Part shown: piece after piece, positions 13,777 through 26,661 of the stretch
Numbering within the stretch: the stretch's first letter is position 1
How the letters are laid out: each line of letters starts with the position of its first letter
Source: Eledone cirrhosa
Taxonomy: Eukaryota
NCBI GenBank assembly: GCA_964016885.1
Contig: OZ024754.1
Location: 42,532,001-42,596,000 of the forward strand
Direction of reading: 5' to 3'
Length of the DNA stretch: 64,000 bases
The notes under the pieces: model-generated
What the model was told of the DNA's origin: nothing
Seen by the model: only the letters and a program-made list of their open reading frames with translations
The model's database searches: none
Made by a program: the position numbers and the translations under genes

Positions 13777-16374
13777 TCTGAGTTTTCTAACTCCAAGTAA
13801 AGAATTCAAGCCAAACATAAAAATGGCTCTGGTTACTTGTCATCCTTGATATTTCTTTCACTGTGCTGAACTTTAGCACAGCTTTGAACACAAGTATAAT
13901 TTGTGTGTATATCAAATTTAAATAACAAGTTATATTTTGGTATAAAAATAGTCACTGAATTAGCTGAGGTCGGAAACAAGGTTGTCAAATTATTTATTAG
14001 CTAGTTGTATAGCAAGCTTTACTCAATAAATGTTGCCTTTCTTTCAAGTAAACTTAAATCTTCATTGCCAACCAAAATACAATCATCATCATCATCATTA
14101 TTTTACATCTGCTTTTCCCTGCTTGCAAGGGTGGGATGTGTCCTATTAATCACGGCATCTCTCCATTTGTCACGGTCTTTTGTCATCTCCTGAGCTTCAG
14201 TGATCTGAGGTCTGTTCTCACCATCTCCGTCCATGTTTTTCGTGGTCTTCTTCGACTGCGTCTTCTTTCTACTGGGCTGGGATTTCTTGGCACTTCTTTA
14301 CCCAACAGTTATCCTCCATGCGCATCACATGTCCATACCAACGCAGTACATAAAATATAAAATATATAACCACCCACCATGGTTCTATGATACTAAGCTG
14401 TTTATTTTAAAGGAGTTATATTTATCTAAAACCTTTCCACCATAACTCAACAAAGGTTCTTACTTAAAATTATGTAAGAACCTTTGTTAAGTTATGTTCT
14501 ATAACATAAATAATGGTTTCTGATTTAGACACAAGGCCAACAATTTTGGGGAGGGGAAATTCGATTAATTCAACCCCAGTGTATTACTGGTACTTCTTTT
14601 ATTGACCCCATGAGGATGAAAGCAAAGTTAACCTCGGCGAGATTTGAACTCAGAATTGTAAAGGGATGTAACTATATGCCACAAAACATGTTGCCTGATG
14701 TTCCAAACATAAATAATAAGGAAATTAGCTATTGAACTAAATCACTCCAAATTCTTGATTATTTAAAAGCAGTGTGTTTCATTAGAAATATGGTAATCGA
14801 CTGAATACACATGTATTTTTCCTAAAGGGTTAAAATGGGTGGTTTTATTTCATAGAACCAGAGCCTGTTTTGGCCGGGTTAGTAACTAAAGGGTTAAAAT
14901 AGGTGGTTTTATTTCATAGAACCAGAACTGGTTTTGGCCAGGCTGGTTACTAAAGGGTTAAAATAGGTGGTTTTATTTCATAGAACCAGAACTGGTTTTA
15001 GCCAGGCTGGTTACTAAAGGGTTAAATAATAAGAAAACTATAAACCTACATGCATGATTTTAGTAAGAAAATATTGTTGAATTTGGGTCAATAAACACCT
15101 CATAAAGAAAACCAAATAAAAGAAAGATCAAAAGATGTTTTAAAGCAAGGGAATATGCATAATATAGGGAGATATCAGATTAGTTTAACTGATTTCTAGA
15201 CATAGCAAGCTCTCATGTCAGTGTTTCAATAACTCAAACAAAATGGAGTGACCACTCCAATAGACATTTGCATGTCAAAAATCAAATATATGACTCTACC
15301 TAACCAGCTTAGTCACATAATATTGCCTTAACTATCAACACATCTAAAGAAACAGACATTGAGACTATCAATTAATCTTTTTCATTCTACATTTTATTTG
15401 TTGTTGTTTTTGTTATTGTATTGTTAGCTTGTTAGCTGTTCTTGGTTTCTCTTTTAATTTTATGTGCTGAATAAAATAGACTGAGGGGTGGAGGGGAGGG
15501 TTGTGGTGGGAGGTGAGTATGTATGTTTGTATGGATATATGTGTATGTGTTTGTATTAGCATCTATATACATGTGTGATTATAGTATGTACATATATACA
15601 TATATACATATATATAAATATATATATAAGCAAAGTGATATTTAATTTGTTGGTTATTCAACAGATTTATTTATAACAGATTCAAAGCACTCTACAGATT
15701 TCTTCTGGAGTATAATATCAATGATATTCATAAATGGAAACTATCTTTATAAAACCAAATTTATTTTATTATATATATTTCAAGGGTACCAAAATTTTGG
15801 TACGCTCTCATCAGATAAAATACAAAAGTTGTTTTATAAATATTGACATATCCAAAAAACAAGAACTTATCGTTTTAAGTTCAGTTTGGATATATATATA
15901 TATATTTATATATATATATATATATAGTAATAATAATAAATTTGAAGACTAAAATCCAAAGAGGGCTCGATAAGGATAAATATATATCAAATATATAAGA
16001 ACCGTAGAGCAAATATTTATTAAAATAACAGATTAAAGTTTAAGCAAAGAATCGCTGCTTTCACCCTTAACGGGATCTTCTGAAACTAACAAAGTCAATC
16101 TGTAAACGCAGATGTGGATATTTCAAAAAACGTTGCAACCGGAGGAAGACAGGAAGACAATACTTTGGTTCATCATCATATTTATTAGAAGAACAGATTA
16201 AAGTTTAAACAAAGAATCATTGCTTTCACCCATAATGGGATTTTCATATGTATATATTTATATATATATGTGTGTGTAGTGTGTATGTATGTGTGTGTAT
16301 CTGTAAAGTGGTCCTGTAGGAGTCATGGCAAAAAGCACCTAGTACTCACTGTAAATCAGATCAAATAGTATAAC

Positions 16375-16448
16375 TATTTCATCTGATGAATGGGCCAGAC
16401 GTTTCTGTAAGGATCGTCTAGTTTCCTGAAACCTTTGGTAATGTAATA
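16375..16448 (+). ncRNA. Type-I hammerhead motif in a repeated pLTR-like element; homolog at 41476..41537 (-)
   Basis: TATTTCAT-CTGATGA-[AGACG..CGTCT]-GAAA-CC-TTT-GG-TA^ATGTAATA. Confidence 0.6.
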
Positions 16449-16549
16449 ATTATATTCTGTTGTTTATTATGTAATTAAATAGCTCTGTTCTATACATAGA
16501 GCACTCTCCTTTCCTTTACCTTTTCTACAGAAATACATAACACTTTTAA

Positions 16550-16588
<39 letters not shown>

Positions 16589-16594
16589 CCGTGC

Positions 16595-16970
16595 TGTTAC
16601 CGTGTTGCCGTGTAGGCAACACGGTAAAAACCTCCCAGACCCACACTGTAAATGTGATTGGTGTTAGGAAGGGCATCCAACTGTAGAAAACCTGCCAGAC
16701 AGTCCTATGCGAGCAAGAAAATCACTCTTGCCTCAAGTGGGACTACCCCCGTCCAAACCCATGCAAGCATGGAACACGGACGTTAAACGTTGATGATGAT
16801 GATGATGATGATACATGGGCGGAGGTGGTGAGAGCAGACCTCAGATCGCTGAAACTCACCGAGGAGATAACAAAGGACCGTGACAAGTGGAGAGATGCTG
16901 TGCTGAATAGGACCCATCCAACCCTTGCAAGCAGGGAAAAGCGGACGTAAAATGATGATGATGATGATGA
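16595..16970 (+). mobile_element. Two adjacent RTE 3' tails of different subfamilies (16595..16812 and 16815..16970)
   Basis: Each ends GGACGT(T)AAA and (GAT)n. The second has a relative on the - strand at ~14083..14345. Confidence 0.8.
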
Positions 16971-17158
16971 TATATATATATAAATTATGTAATAAACAAT
17001 ACAATACAATTATTCCATTTACTCAAGGTTTCACGAAGGCAGGCGACCTCAACAGAGGCATCCGAAGTCGTTCATCAGAAAGAAAAATTTAATATGGATA
17101 TATATGTCCCATGGACTGAGTGCTCCACCACTACGGATATTACCTTCCAGTGTTCTAC

Positions 17159-17247
<89 letters not shown>

Positions 17248-18086
17248 CTATTCTGTATTAAACCATAGTCAGGCCCTTAGGCTTTCAGGTATTTTGGGTT
17301 CCCTATGGCACTTCAAACTTTCATCACACTAGAGCAAAAGAAAAAAAAAAGAAAGAAATTGCTGGAGCCTTAGTTTCTGTGGGTCTTTAGGGGTCAAGCC
17401 AGACAACATTATGAATAAAATGTACCCCCTCCCCACCCCCACCTGTTCAACAACCAAACAGTAAAAATTAACAACAAAAAAAGAATAAAACATTTGTATT
17501 TGTGTGTTTATGTGTTTGTATAACTGGTTTATATGTAAGTGGTACCTAGTTCTTGAGTGGACTGTAGGGTATCTTATGTATAAGTGTGTGTGTGTGTGTG
17601 TGGCTATACAGGTGAAAGTGGCGAAACAAAGGAAGAAAGCTACTTATTGTAATATTAAAACATAGAAATATGTCAAAAGATTAGAAAGAAGAAGAAGAAT
17701 GATTGTGGGGGTGGGGAGAGAGAGGAAGGGATGAGATAGAGGGAGTGAAGGAGGAGAAGAAGGAAGAGGAGAAGAAGGAGGAGAAGAAGGATGAGTAGAA
17801 GGAAGAGGAGAAGGAGAAGAGGGGGGATAAAGAAAATAAAAGAAAGGAGAAGAATGATGAGAGAGAAAGAAAGAGAGAGAGAGAGAACAAAGAGAGAGAA
17901 AAGAGAGAGAAAAGTGTAAAAAAACAAAGAGAAAAAATAAAATATTGTTTGGCAGTGAAAATATGTCTTTATTATATTTGGTTCCATAAGTGTAAAGTTG
18001 TGGGGTGGGGGTGGGGCTGTATTAAAAACAGTGTCAAGTATATAAGGAGGGGGCGGCGGTGGTGGTGTGGTGGTGGTGTTGTTTTT

Positions 18087-18760
18087 ACTGTTGTTGTTGT
18101 TGCTGTTGCTACTGTTGTTGTTGCTGTTGCTGCTGTTGTTGTTGCTGTTGCTACTGTTGTTGTTGTTGCTGTTGTTGTTGCTGTTGTTGCTGTTGCTACT
18201 GTTGTTGTTGCTGTTGTTGTTGCTACTGTTGTTGTTGCTGTTGCTACTGTTGTTGTTAGTGCTGCTGTTGTTGTTGCTGTTACGTTGTTACTGTTGTTGT
18301 TGTTGTTGTTGCTGTTACTGTTGTTGCTGTTGTTGTTGTTACTGTTGTTGTTGCTGTTGCTGTTACTGTTGTTGCTGTTGTTGTTGTTACTGTTGTTGTT
18401 GCTGTTGCTGTTACTGTTGTTGCTGTTGCTACTGTTGTTGTTAGTGCTGCTGTTGTTGTTGCTGTTACTGTTGTTGTTGTTACTGTTGTTGTTGCTGTTG
18501 CTGTTGTTGTTGTTGCTGTTACTGCTGTTGCTGCTGTTGTTGCTGCTGTTGTTGCTGTTGTTGTTACTGTTGCTGCTGTTGCTATTGTTGTTGCTGCTGT
18601 TGTTGTTGCTGTTGTTACTGCTGCTGCTGTTGTTGTTGCTGTTACTGCTGTTGTTGTTGCTGTTGTTACTGCTGCTGCTGTTGTTGTTGCTGTTACTGTT
18701 GCTGTTGTTGTTGTTGCTGTTGTTGTTGTTGCTGTTGTTGCTGTTGTTGTTGTTGCTGCT
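18087..18760. repeat. (GTT/GCT)n trinucleotide tract; similar tract at 26275..26662
   Basis: Simple repeat producing poly-L/V/C pseudo-ORFs. Confidence 0.97.
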
Positions 18761-18969
18761 TATAAAACTCAGTCTTTAACTATCTTGTTAGCTACAGTGT
18801 CCCTGAGTGAACCGGTACAACTGACAGTAGAAGTCAAAGCTGTATAATTCCAAGTCAACAACCAAAGACCACAGAATTATCTTGTTCTTGTAACCATCCG
18901 CTTATCCAACCGACCAGAAATTTATAACAAATTGAAGTGAAAACCAACAGGTGCGTGTGTTTCTATTGG

Positions 18970-19091
18970 CAACATGACCCTCCCAAAGTATAACAATATG
19001 ACCCTCCCAAAGTATAACAATATGACCCTCCCAAAGTATAACAACATGATCCTCCCAAAGTATAACAATATGACCCTCCCAAAGTATAACA
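18970..19091. repeat. 24-bp minisatellite, 5 copies
   Basis: ATGACCCTCCCAAAGTATAACAAT repeated. Confidence 0.92.
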
Positions 19092-19172
19092 CTATCTGTT
19101 TCTGTTTCAACACACGTTTGCAGATAATAAATCTTGCAAAACAAATTCAAGAATGACGTATATATATATATA

Positions 19173-19930
19173 TCATCATCATCATCATCATCATCAACGT
19201 TTAACGTCCGTGTTCCACGCTTGCATGGGTTTGGACGGGGGTAGTCCCACTTGAGGCAAGAGTGATTGTCTTGCTCGCATAGGACTGTCTGGCAGGTTTT
19301 CTACAGTTGGATGCCCTTCCTAACACCAACCACATTTACAGTGTGGGTCTGGGAGGTTTTTACCGTGTTGCCTACACGGCCACATTACAGCGTGGACTGT
19401 GTGTTTTTTTGTCGTGACACCTACACGATCTCATTTGTTTCGGCCTCGATGGCGCGGCACCAACATAACTTTACATAGAACGGGGTGGTGTGGATCGGGT
19501 GGGGGTGGGGGTGGTGGGACGGGGTGTATTTTGTTAGAGATGCCTACTGGCTGGAGTAGGTTTTACTATATATTTAGGTAAGGCGGGTCTTCTCTGTTAC
19601 TGAGTACCGCCAAAGGTCTCGGTCCAGTGACATTGTCTTGGAGAGGTGTAAGTGTGTGATGTCGGAGTTTATCAGCTCGTCCCAGGTTTTTCTAGGTCTG
19701 CCTATTCCGTGACTACCGTCTATCTTTATTGCCCTGCACTTTGTTATACAGCTATCGACTTTCATGCGCATCACGTGTCCATACCAACGTAGCCTTCTCT
19801 CGAGTAAACAACATCTGATCCCTCTTATCTCTAATTTTTTCCTTAGTTCGTTTATGCTTTGCCGTTCACGTATATTACTGTTACACATCCAGCGGAGCAT
19901 GCAAGCTTCGTTCCTCTCTAGTCTGCGTAT
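19173..19930 (-). mobile_element. RTE LINE 3' fragment (ORF C-terminus, 3' UTR, (GAT)n tail)
   Basis: RRLERNEACMLRWMC...RLRWYGHVMRM...GRPRKTWDE is nearly identical to the 21-kb copy; (CAT)n tail on the + strand at ~19173. Confidence 0.92.
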
Positions 19931-19970
19931 ATCCTGCGTATATCCTCTATCCTTATATATATATATATAT

Positions 19971-20211
19971 ATAATATATAAGATCAAAAGATGGTTAAAA
20001 GAGTTCCATGTATTTTACTATGAGCATTTCAAAAACAAATATCATCATGTAATAACATTTGTGTTTTCATCAGATAAAATAGGAAGACATCATGTCTTCC
20101 TATTTTATCTGATGAAAACACAAATGTTATTACATGATGATATTTGTTTTTGTAATGCGCATAATAAAATACATGGAACTCCTTTAACCATCTTTTGTTC
20201 TTATATATTAT
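19971..20211. repeat. Inverted repeat, ~120-bp arms, axis at 20091
   Basis: Reverse-complement arms with a few mismatches. Confidence 0.92.
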
Positions 20212-20294
20212 GTATACTCCACTCCTACAAACTGTAGGGTGCTTCTTATCTGATATCTGCATTGCTTTATTGTACTACAATAAAACTCACCTCC

Positions 20295-20331
<37 letters not shown>

Positions 20332-20663
20332 CCGCATCAAATGGAACAAAACGGTCTAACCCATGCTAGCATGGAAGATGGACGTTAAACGATGATGATG
20401 ATGATGATATATATAATTGTTTCTACTTTAGGCACAAGGCCAGCAATTATCCCAGTGTATTACTGGTACTTTATTTTATCGACCCCGTAAGGATGAAAGG
20501 CAAAGTCAACCTTGATGATATATATAATGTCATGAAAAAGTGCCACCATGAATAATGTGACCAGTAACATGTTGCCACATTAATACTACAATCAACAAAA
20601 AATAAAAACAGACTAAAGATATATATATATATACATGTCTTCATTGTGTACTATATATAGCTA

Positions 20664-20909
20664 CTAGCAGATGTACCCGGCGTTGCTCAGGAAATAAATG
20701 ACAGCCTGAATTGTTCAAGATCGTTTATGGCTTAGCTTGCAATTTCTGAGTGCATGTCACCTTATGTCAGCTAATAGGCTAGCCAATGAGAGGTGGCCTC
20801 AATAGCACGTGCCAAATCGGCCTAGTACTTCAAAAGTTAAAAGGAGCCTAGTATTTGTACAGACAGACACACACACACACACAGACCGACTTGCTTTTAT
20901 ATATATAGA
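20664..20909 (-). mobile_element. Non-autonomous Helitron (~246 bp)
   Basis: The - strand starts TC(TATATATATAAAAGC), carries a (GT/CTGT) microsatellite and ends in a GC-rich imperfect hairpin plus CTAG. It sits between A and T with no TSD. Confidence 0.85.
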
Positions 20910-20911
20910 TG

Positions 20912-20978
<67 letters not shown>

Positions 20979-21054
20979 GTATACGCATGTCTTCATTGTG
21001 TACTATATATAGCTATGTACATACATACATACATAATATATATATATATATATT

Positions 21055-22683
21055 GTTCCAGGGAAAGGCACCACTGATGCGCTCTTCCTTGTGAGGCAAT
21101 TACAGGAAAAGTACCTAGCTAAAAGTAAGCCACTCTACTTGGCATTTGTCGACCTTGAGAAAGCCTTTGACAGAGTTCCACGTGCAGTAATCTGGTGGGC
21201 TCTTAGAAAACTAGGAGTAGATGAATGGCTTGTGAAAGCGGTACAAGCCATGTATAGGGGAGCAGTCAGCAAAGTTAGGATTGGCAATGAGTATAGCGAG
21301 GAATTTAGCGTACAGGTTGGGGTCCACCAGGGCTCTGTTCTTAGCCCTCTCCTGTTCATCATAGTCCTGCAGGCAATAACGGAGGAGTTTAAGACCGGAT
21401 GCCCATGGGAACTCCTGTATGCTGATGACCTCGCACTCATAGCTGAATCTATGGTAGAACTAGAGAATAAATTCCAAACCTGGAAGCAGGGACTAGAGAG
21501 AAAGGGCCTCAAAGTCAACATGACAAAGACTAAGGTCCTTATAAGTAGACGAGAAAACAGAACCCAGATCCCCTCAGGGAAATGGCCTTGCTCAGTATGT
21601 AGGAAAGGTGTAGGTAGGAACTCCATTCTTTGCCCCAAATGCAAACAATGGGTACACAAGAGATGTAGCGGGATCTCAGGAAGCTTAATTAAGAATGTAG
21701 GATTCACATGCAGCAGCTGTGCTGAAACAGCAAGCAAACAGCCACAGGAAACAAGTACCACCAATCTCTGGGAGGGCCCTGTAGAAACAGTAGACAGCTT
21801 CTGCTACCTAGGTGACCGAATTAGCAACGGAGGTGGGTGCTCAGAAAGTACAATAACTAGGGTAAGAACGGGATGGAAGAAGTTTAGGGAACTACTACCA
21901 CTGCTAGCTGCAAAAGGCTTCTCCCTCAGAATGAAAGGCAGACTGTATGATGCGTGTATCCGAACAGCGATGTTGCATGGTAGTGAGACCTGGGCGCTGA
22001 AGGTGGAAGACTTACGTAGATTAGAGAGAAACGAAGCCTGCATGCTCCGATGGATGTGTAACAGTAATATACGTGAACGACAAAGCATAAATGAATTGAG
22101 AGAGAGACTGAGCATAAGAGGAATCAAATGCTGCGTGCAGGAGAGGCGGTTACGCTGGTATGGACATGTGATGCGTATGAAGGATGACAGCTGCATAAAA
22201 AGGTGCAGAGCACTAGAAGTTGATGGAAACCGCGGAGTGGGGAGACCCAAGATGACTTGGGATGAGGTGATAAAAGCCGACCTTACCCAACTACACCTCT
22301 CAAAGTCAATGACACACGACCGTGACTTCTGGCGTCATGCAGTAATACAGGGTACCCGACCTCCCATGGGTACATGCTGAAGCATATAAACAATATGCCC
22401 CCCCCCCCCACCGCAAGGTGGTCGTGGAGGTGCCACGGCAAAAAAGCACCCAGCCCACACTGTAAAGTGGACGTGTAGGCGCCACGAAAAAGCACCCAGC
22501 ACTCACTGTAAATGAGGTTGGTGTTAGGAAGGGCATCCAGCTGTAGAAATCAAGCCAGATCAGTTCCTGTATGAGCAAGGCATGGTCAGCCGACCAGACA
22601 CTGCCCACAACAGGACAACCCGTCTAACCCATGCTAGCGTGGAAGAACGGACGTAAAACGGTGATGATGATGATGATGATGAT
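21055..22683 (+). mobile_element. 5'-truncated RTE-clade LINE with uninterrupted RT ORF (21055..22380), 3' UTR repeats and (GAT)n tail
   Basis: Motifs FVDLEKAFDRV, GVHQGSVLSPLLF, LLYADD, FCYLG, YGHVMRM, GRPKMTW. 3' stem CCATGCTAGCGTGG, then GGACGTAAAACG and (GAT)n. Confidence 0.95.
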
Positions 22684-23507
22684 ACACATGTATACACGTC
22701 TTCATTGTGTACTATATATAGCTATGTACATATGTATATATATATGTATATATATATATGTGTGTGTGTGTGTTTGTGTGTGAAAGAGCAACACAGATTT
22801 ATTTTTCTATTTTCTTTTCATAATACTGAATTATTCAAAAGGATATGGTTGTATATATAATTTCCATTGACTTCCTTAAGTAACAGGTAAAAACTACAAT
22901 GAACCTCTCCTATTTAGAGTAACGTTCCTTCCTCTCTTCATGTTAACTTTCCACTAAGCTATTGTTCCTGACATAAGTCAGATGTAGTTGTTTTCTAGTG
23001 TTTTTTTGCAGATGCTATGTGCATACAACACCTCAAATTCAGGTCAATAAAATACAGAGATATATTCAGGTTAAAAGAGATCTGTGTTGAGGGCCAAGTC
23101 TATAGGGTACTGGACAACCAGCTAAGTGGTTGGTAGTTCATATCCTGTCCTTAGTACAGTGTTGTGTCAATAAAAAAGACACTTAACTGCCAACAGTCCA
23201 GTTAACAGTGTATAAATACCTATATCTTGTTATTGTTGTTGTTATTGTTATTGTTTGGCCCCAAGTTAACCCTGGACTGAGATCAAGCTGATCTAGATTA
23301 AACATTCAGTTTTCTTTTTTTTATATATATTTATTATTTTAGAGTTACGGCTCTTTATGGTCTGAGTTCAAATCCCGCCGAGGTTAACTTTGCCTTTCAT
23401 CCTTATGGGGTCGATAAAATAAAGTACCAGTAATGTACTGGGTATTTGCTGGCCTTGTGCCAAAAGAAGAATCAATTATTATTATTATCCAAAGATCAGG
23501 ATGGATC

Positions 23508-23571
<64 letters not shown>

Positions 23572-24489
23572 GAGAGAGAGAAGACTACAGCAAGGAGCAA
23601 GTTTTGAAGTGCATTGCTTGAAAGTATTGGAAAGAACATTACCAGGGGCTGATGACATTGCTAGTTTAAAATGACCAGAGATACTTTCACAGTTGGTATG
23701 TATGACTGGCAAGTGGCTCAGCGACCATAACTGTATCAGTGAGCAGCTCAACATTACCAGACTTGGACCAATTACATCAATTGTCAAGTGAAGTGTACTC
23801 AAACTATACGGTCAAATAAAAAGATTAACTCATGGTGTAAGTAGGTTATTCTTGGAAGGAAGGTTGGCTGGAAAGAGAAGCAGAGGCCGGCAGCCAAAAC
23901 GATGGCTTGATAATGTCAACTTATGGACTGGACTTGACTTGATCTTTGCTCTTTAAACTCTGCTGTTGGTGATCGAACTTTGTGGAGAAAAATATCTCAT
24001 GTTGATGCACAGTCTACAAATGGCGGAGTTTAGCGTCAAAAGAAGAAGAAAAGAAGATGTATGGGTATTTGGTGGTGAACCTGGTTGAGGGGAGAAGAAG
24101 CATTTAGAAGGTGATTTACCTACTGTGGACAGTGTGGGGTTGGCTGCAAAGTAGGGAACTAAATAATGGAAGCTTCAGTCTTCTGGAGAATTGCTTACAG
24201 AACTATCGTGGGTGAGAAGTGGGGGGAAGGGGTTCTTTTGGCAGGATATGAAAAGGAAAAGGAGGAGGAGGCAGCGAAGGTGGGGGGGGGGGTGCAGGCT
24301 GTCTGATGCATGAATACATACACATACATAGGTGTGTGTAAGCATGCATGTGTATGTGTATATATATATATATATATATGGGGGGGGGGGCTATGTGTGT
24401 TTGTTTGTCTGTGTTTGTGTGTTTGTGTTTGAATGCATTCATATTTGTGAATATATGTATATAATTATAAATGTGTATGTAAAATCATT

Positions 24490-24526
<37 letters not shown>

Positions 24527-24569
24527 GAATATATGTATATAATTATAAATGTGTATGTAAAATCATTTG

Positions 24570-24607
<38 letters not shown>

Positions 24608-24650
24608 CAAATGATTTTACATACACATTTATAATTATATATATATATTC

Positions 24651-24691
<41 letters not shown>

Positions 24692-25092
24692 TATAAATCG
24701 ATATATAACAAACCTAGGATGGATGTACAGAGAGACAGACAGACAGGCAAGCTGGCATGCAGGCAGGCAGGCAGACAGGCAAATAGGTAGATAGGTAGGT
24801 GGGGCAGTGGGTGTAGGTGAGCAGGTAGAGAACTAAAAAGAGGGGGAGGCATAAACATTTAGGTTTAAGAGTGAGAGACAGAAAGAGATAGGTAGTTAAG
24901 TAGATAAATAGAGAGAGGGGGAGAGAGGGGAAGAGAGAGTCGAGAAAGAAAGAATATATATATAAGAGAGAGAGAGGAAGGTAAGGAGATAAATAGAGAG
25001 AGGGAGGGAGAGGGGGTAAGTAGATAAATGGAGAGAGAGAGAGAGGGAGCGAGATAGAGAGAAGTGGAGAGAGAGAGTCAAGAGAAAGAGAG

Positions 25093-25124
<32 letters not shown>

Positions 25125-25133
25125 TATACATAT

Positions 25134-25174
<41 letters not shown>

Positions 25175-26661
25175 AGAGAGATGTTGTGTGTTTAAGAGAG
25201 TGAAGAAGAATGAGCCAGAAAATAGAAGACCTCATTCCTAAATAGAACAGGGAGCTGCCATGTTTTTTTCATCTTCTTAACACCTGTCCAAGACAAATGT
25301 TTTTTTCCTTACATAATTATTCAAAACAGCTGTACATTCTTGGCTGTAGAATCTCAGCAAAGAAACAGATTCCCTTTCAAAAGATCTCATATATTTATAT
25401 TTATTTGTCATAATTTATATATATAATTTATATATTTATTTGTCATATATTTATATTTATAATTTATATATATAATTAATATATTTATTTGTCATATATT
25501 TATATTTATAATTTATATATATAATTTATATATTTATTTGTCCTATATTTATATTTATTTGTCATAATGTATCCATATAAAATGATCATCTCATTTCATT
25601 CCAAGGAGTTTGTCATAGTTTTCAAATAAATATATATTCTATAATTGTTTCTACTTTAGGCACAAGGCCAGCAATTACCCAGTGCATTACTGGTACTTTA
25701 TTTTATCGACCCTGTAAGGATAAAAGGTAAAGTCAACCTCGGCGGGATTTGAACTCAGATCGTAAACGGGCGTAACTATGCTGGAAAGCATGGCGTCCGA
25801 CCCTCTACCGATACTACCAATCCACCACCCTATTATATTCTATAATGTATTGTAAAGAGCAAAGTTTTTCAACCTTTTTACCCTTGTGGAACCCTTACCA
25901 CTGGGGCAATGTGAAATGAAGTGTTTTGTTCAAGAACACAACACGCAACCCAATACAGGAATCAAACTCACAACATTAAGATTGTAAGTCTAACATGTTG
26001 TGTTAGGGAAAGCAGGGACAGTACAATGGAATATCCTCAGGTACAATCCAAGCAACCTCCATAATTTTACATTTGTAGATTTACTGAAGTGAATCAATAT
26101 TTTTGAAATTCAATATTTGTGAATTGTATTGATTGCATACGAACAGTGACAGAAGCAATGAATAACAAACATCAAAACTATTCCATCTCATTTAGAAATA
26201 AAACTATTCCATCTCATTTAGAAAATGGCTCCAAATGGTAAACAGTTTTGTTTGATTCTATAAGTAAGACAACTATTTTTGCTGTTATTGGTGGTGTTGT
26301 TGTTGTTACTGTTGTTGTTGTTGTTACTGAGGTTGTTGTTACTGTTGTTGTTGTTGTTACTGTTGTTGCTGTTATTGAGGTTGTTGTTGTTGTTGTTGTT
26401 ACTATTGTTGTTGTTACTGTTGTTGCTCTTATTGAGGTTGTTGTTACTGTTGTTGCTGTTATTGAGGTTGTTGTTGTTGTTACTATTGTTGTTGTTACTG
26501 TTGTTGCTCTTATTGAGGTTGTTGTTACTGTTGTTGTTGTTGTTGTTATTGCTGCTGCTGCTACAGTTGTTGTTATTAATGTTGTTGTTGATGGTGGTCT
26601 TACTGTTGTGGGTGTTGTTGTTGTTACTATTGTTGTTGTTGTTACTGTTCTTGGTGTTGTT

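Noticed and set aside
17949-18779. Poly-Leu/Val/Cys ORFs (also poly-Asn at 26218..26685)
   Set aside because: Trinucleotide microsatellites with no splice or domain support.
21135-22250. Antisense ORFs of 209 and 148 aa (also 30971..31429)
   Set aside because: Shadows of the real RTE and ARL14EP coding frames.
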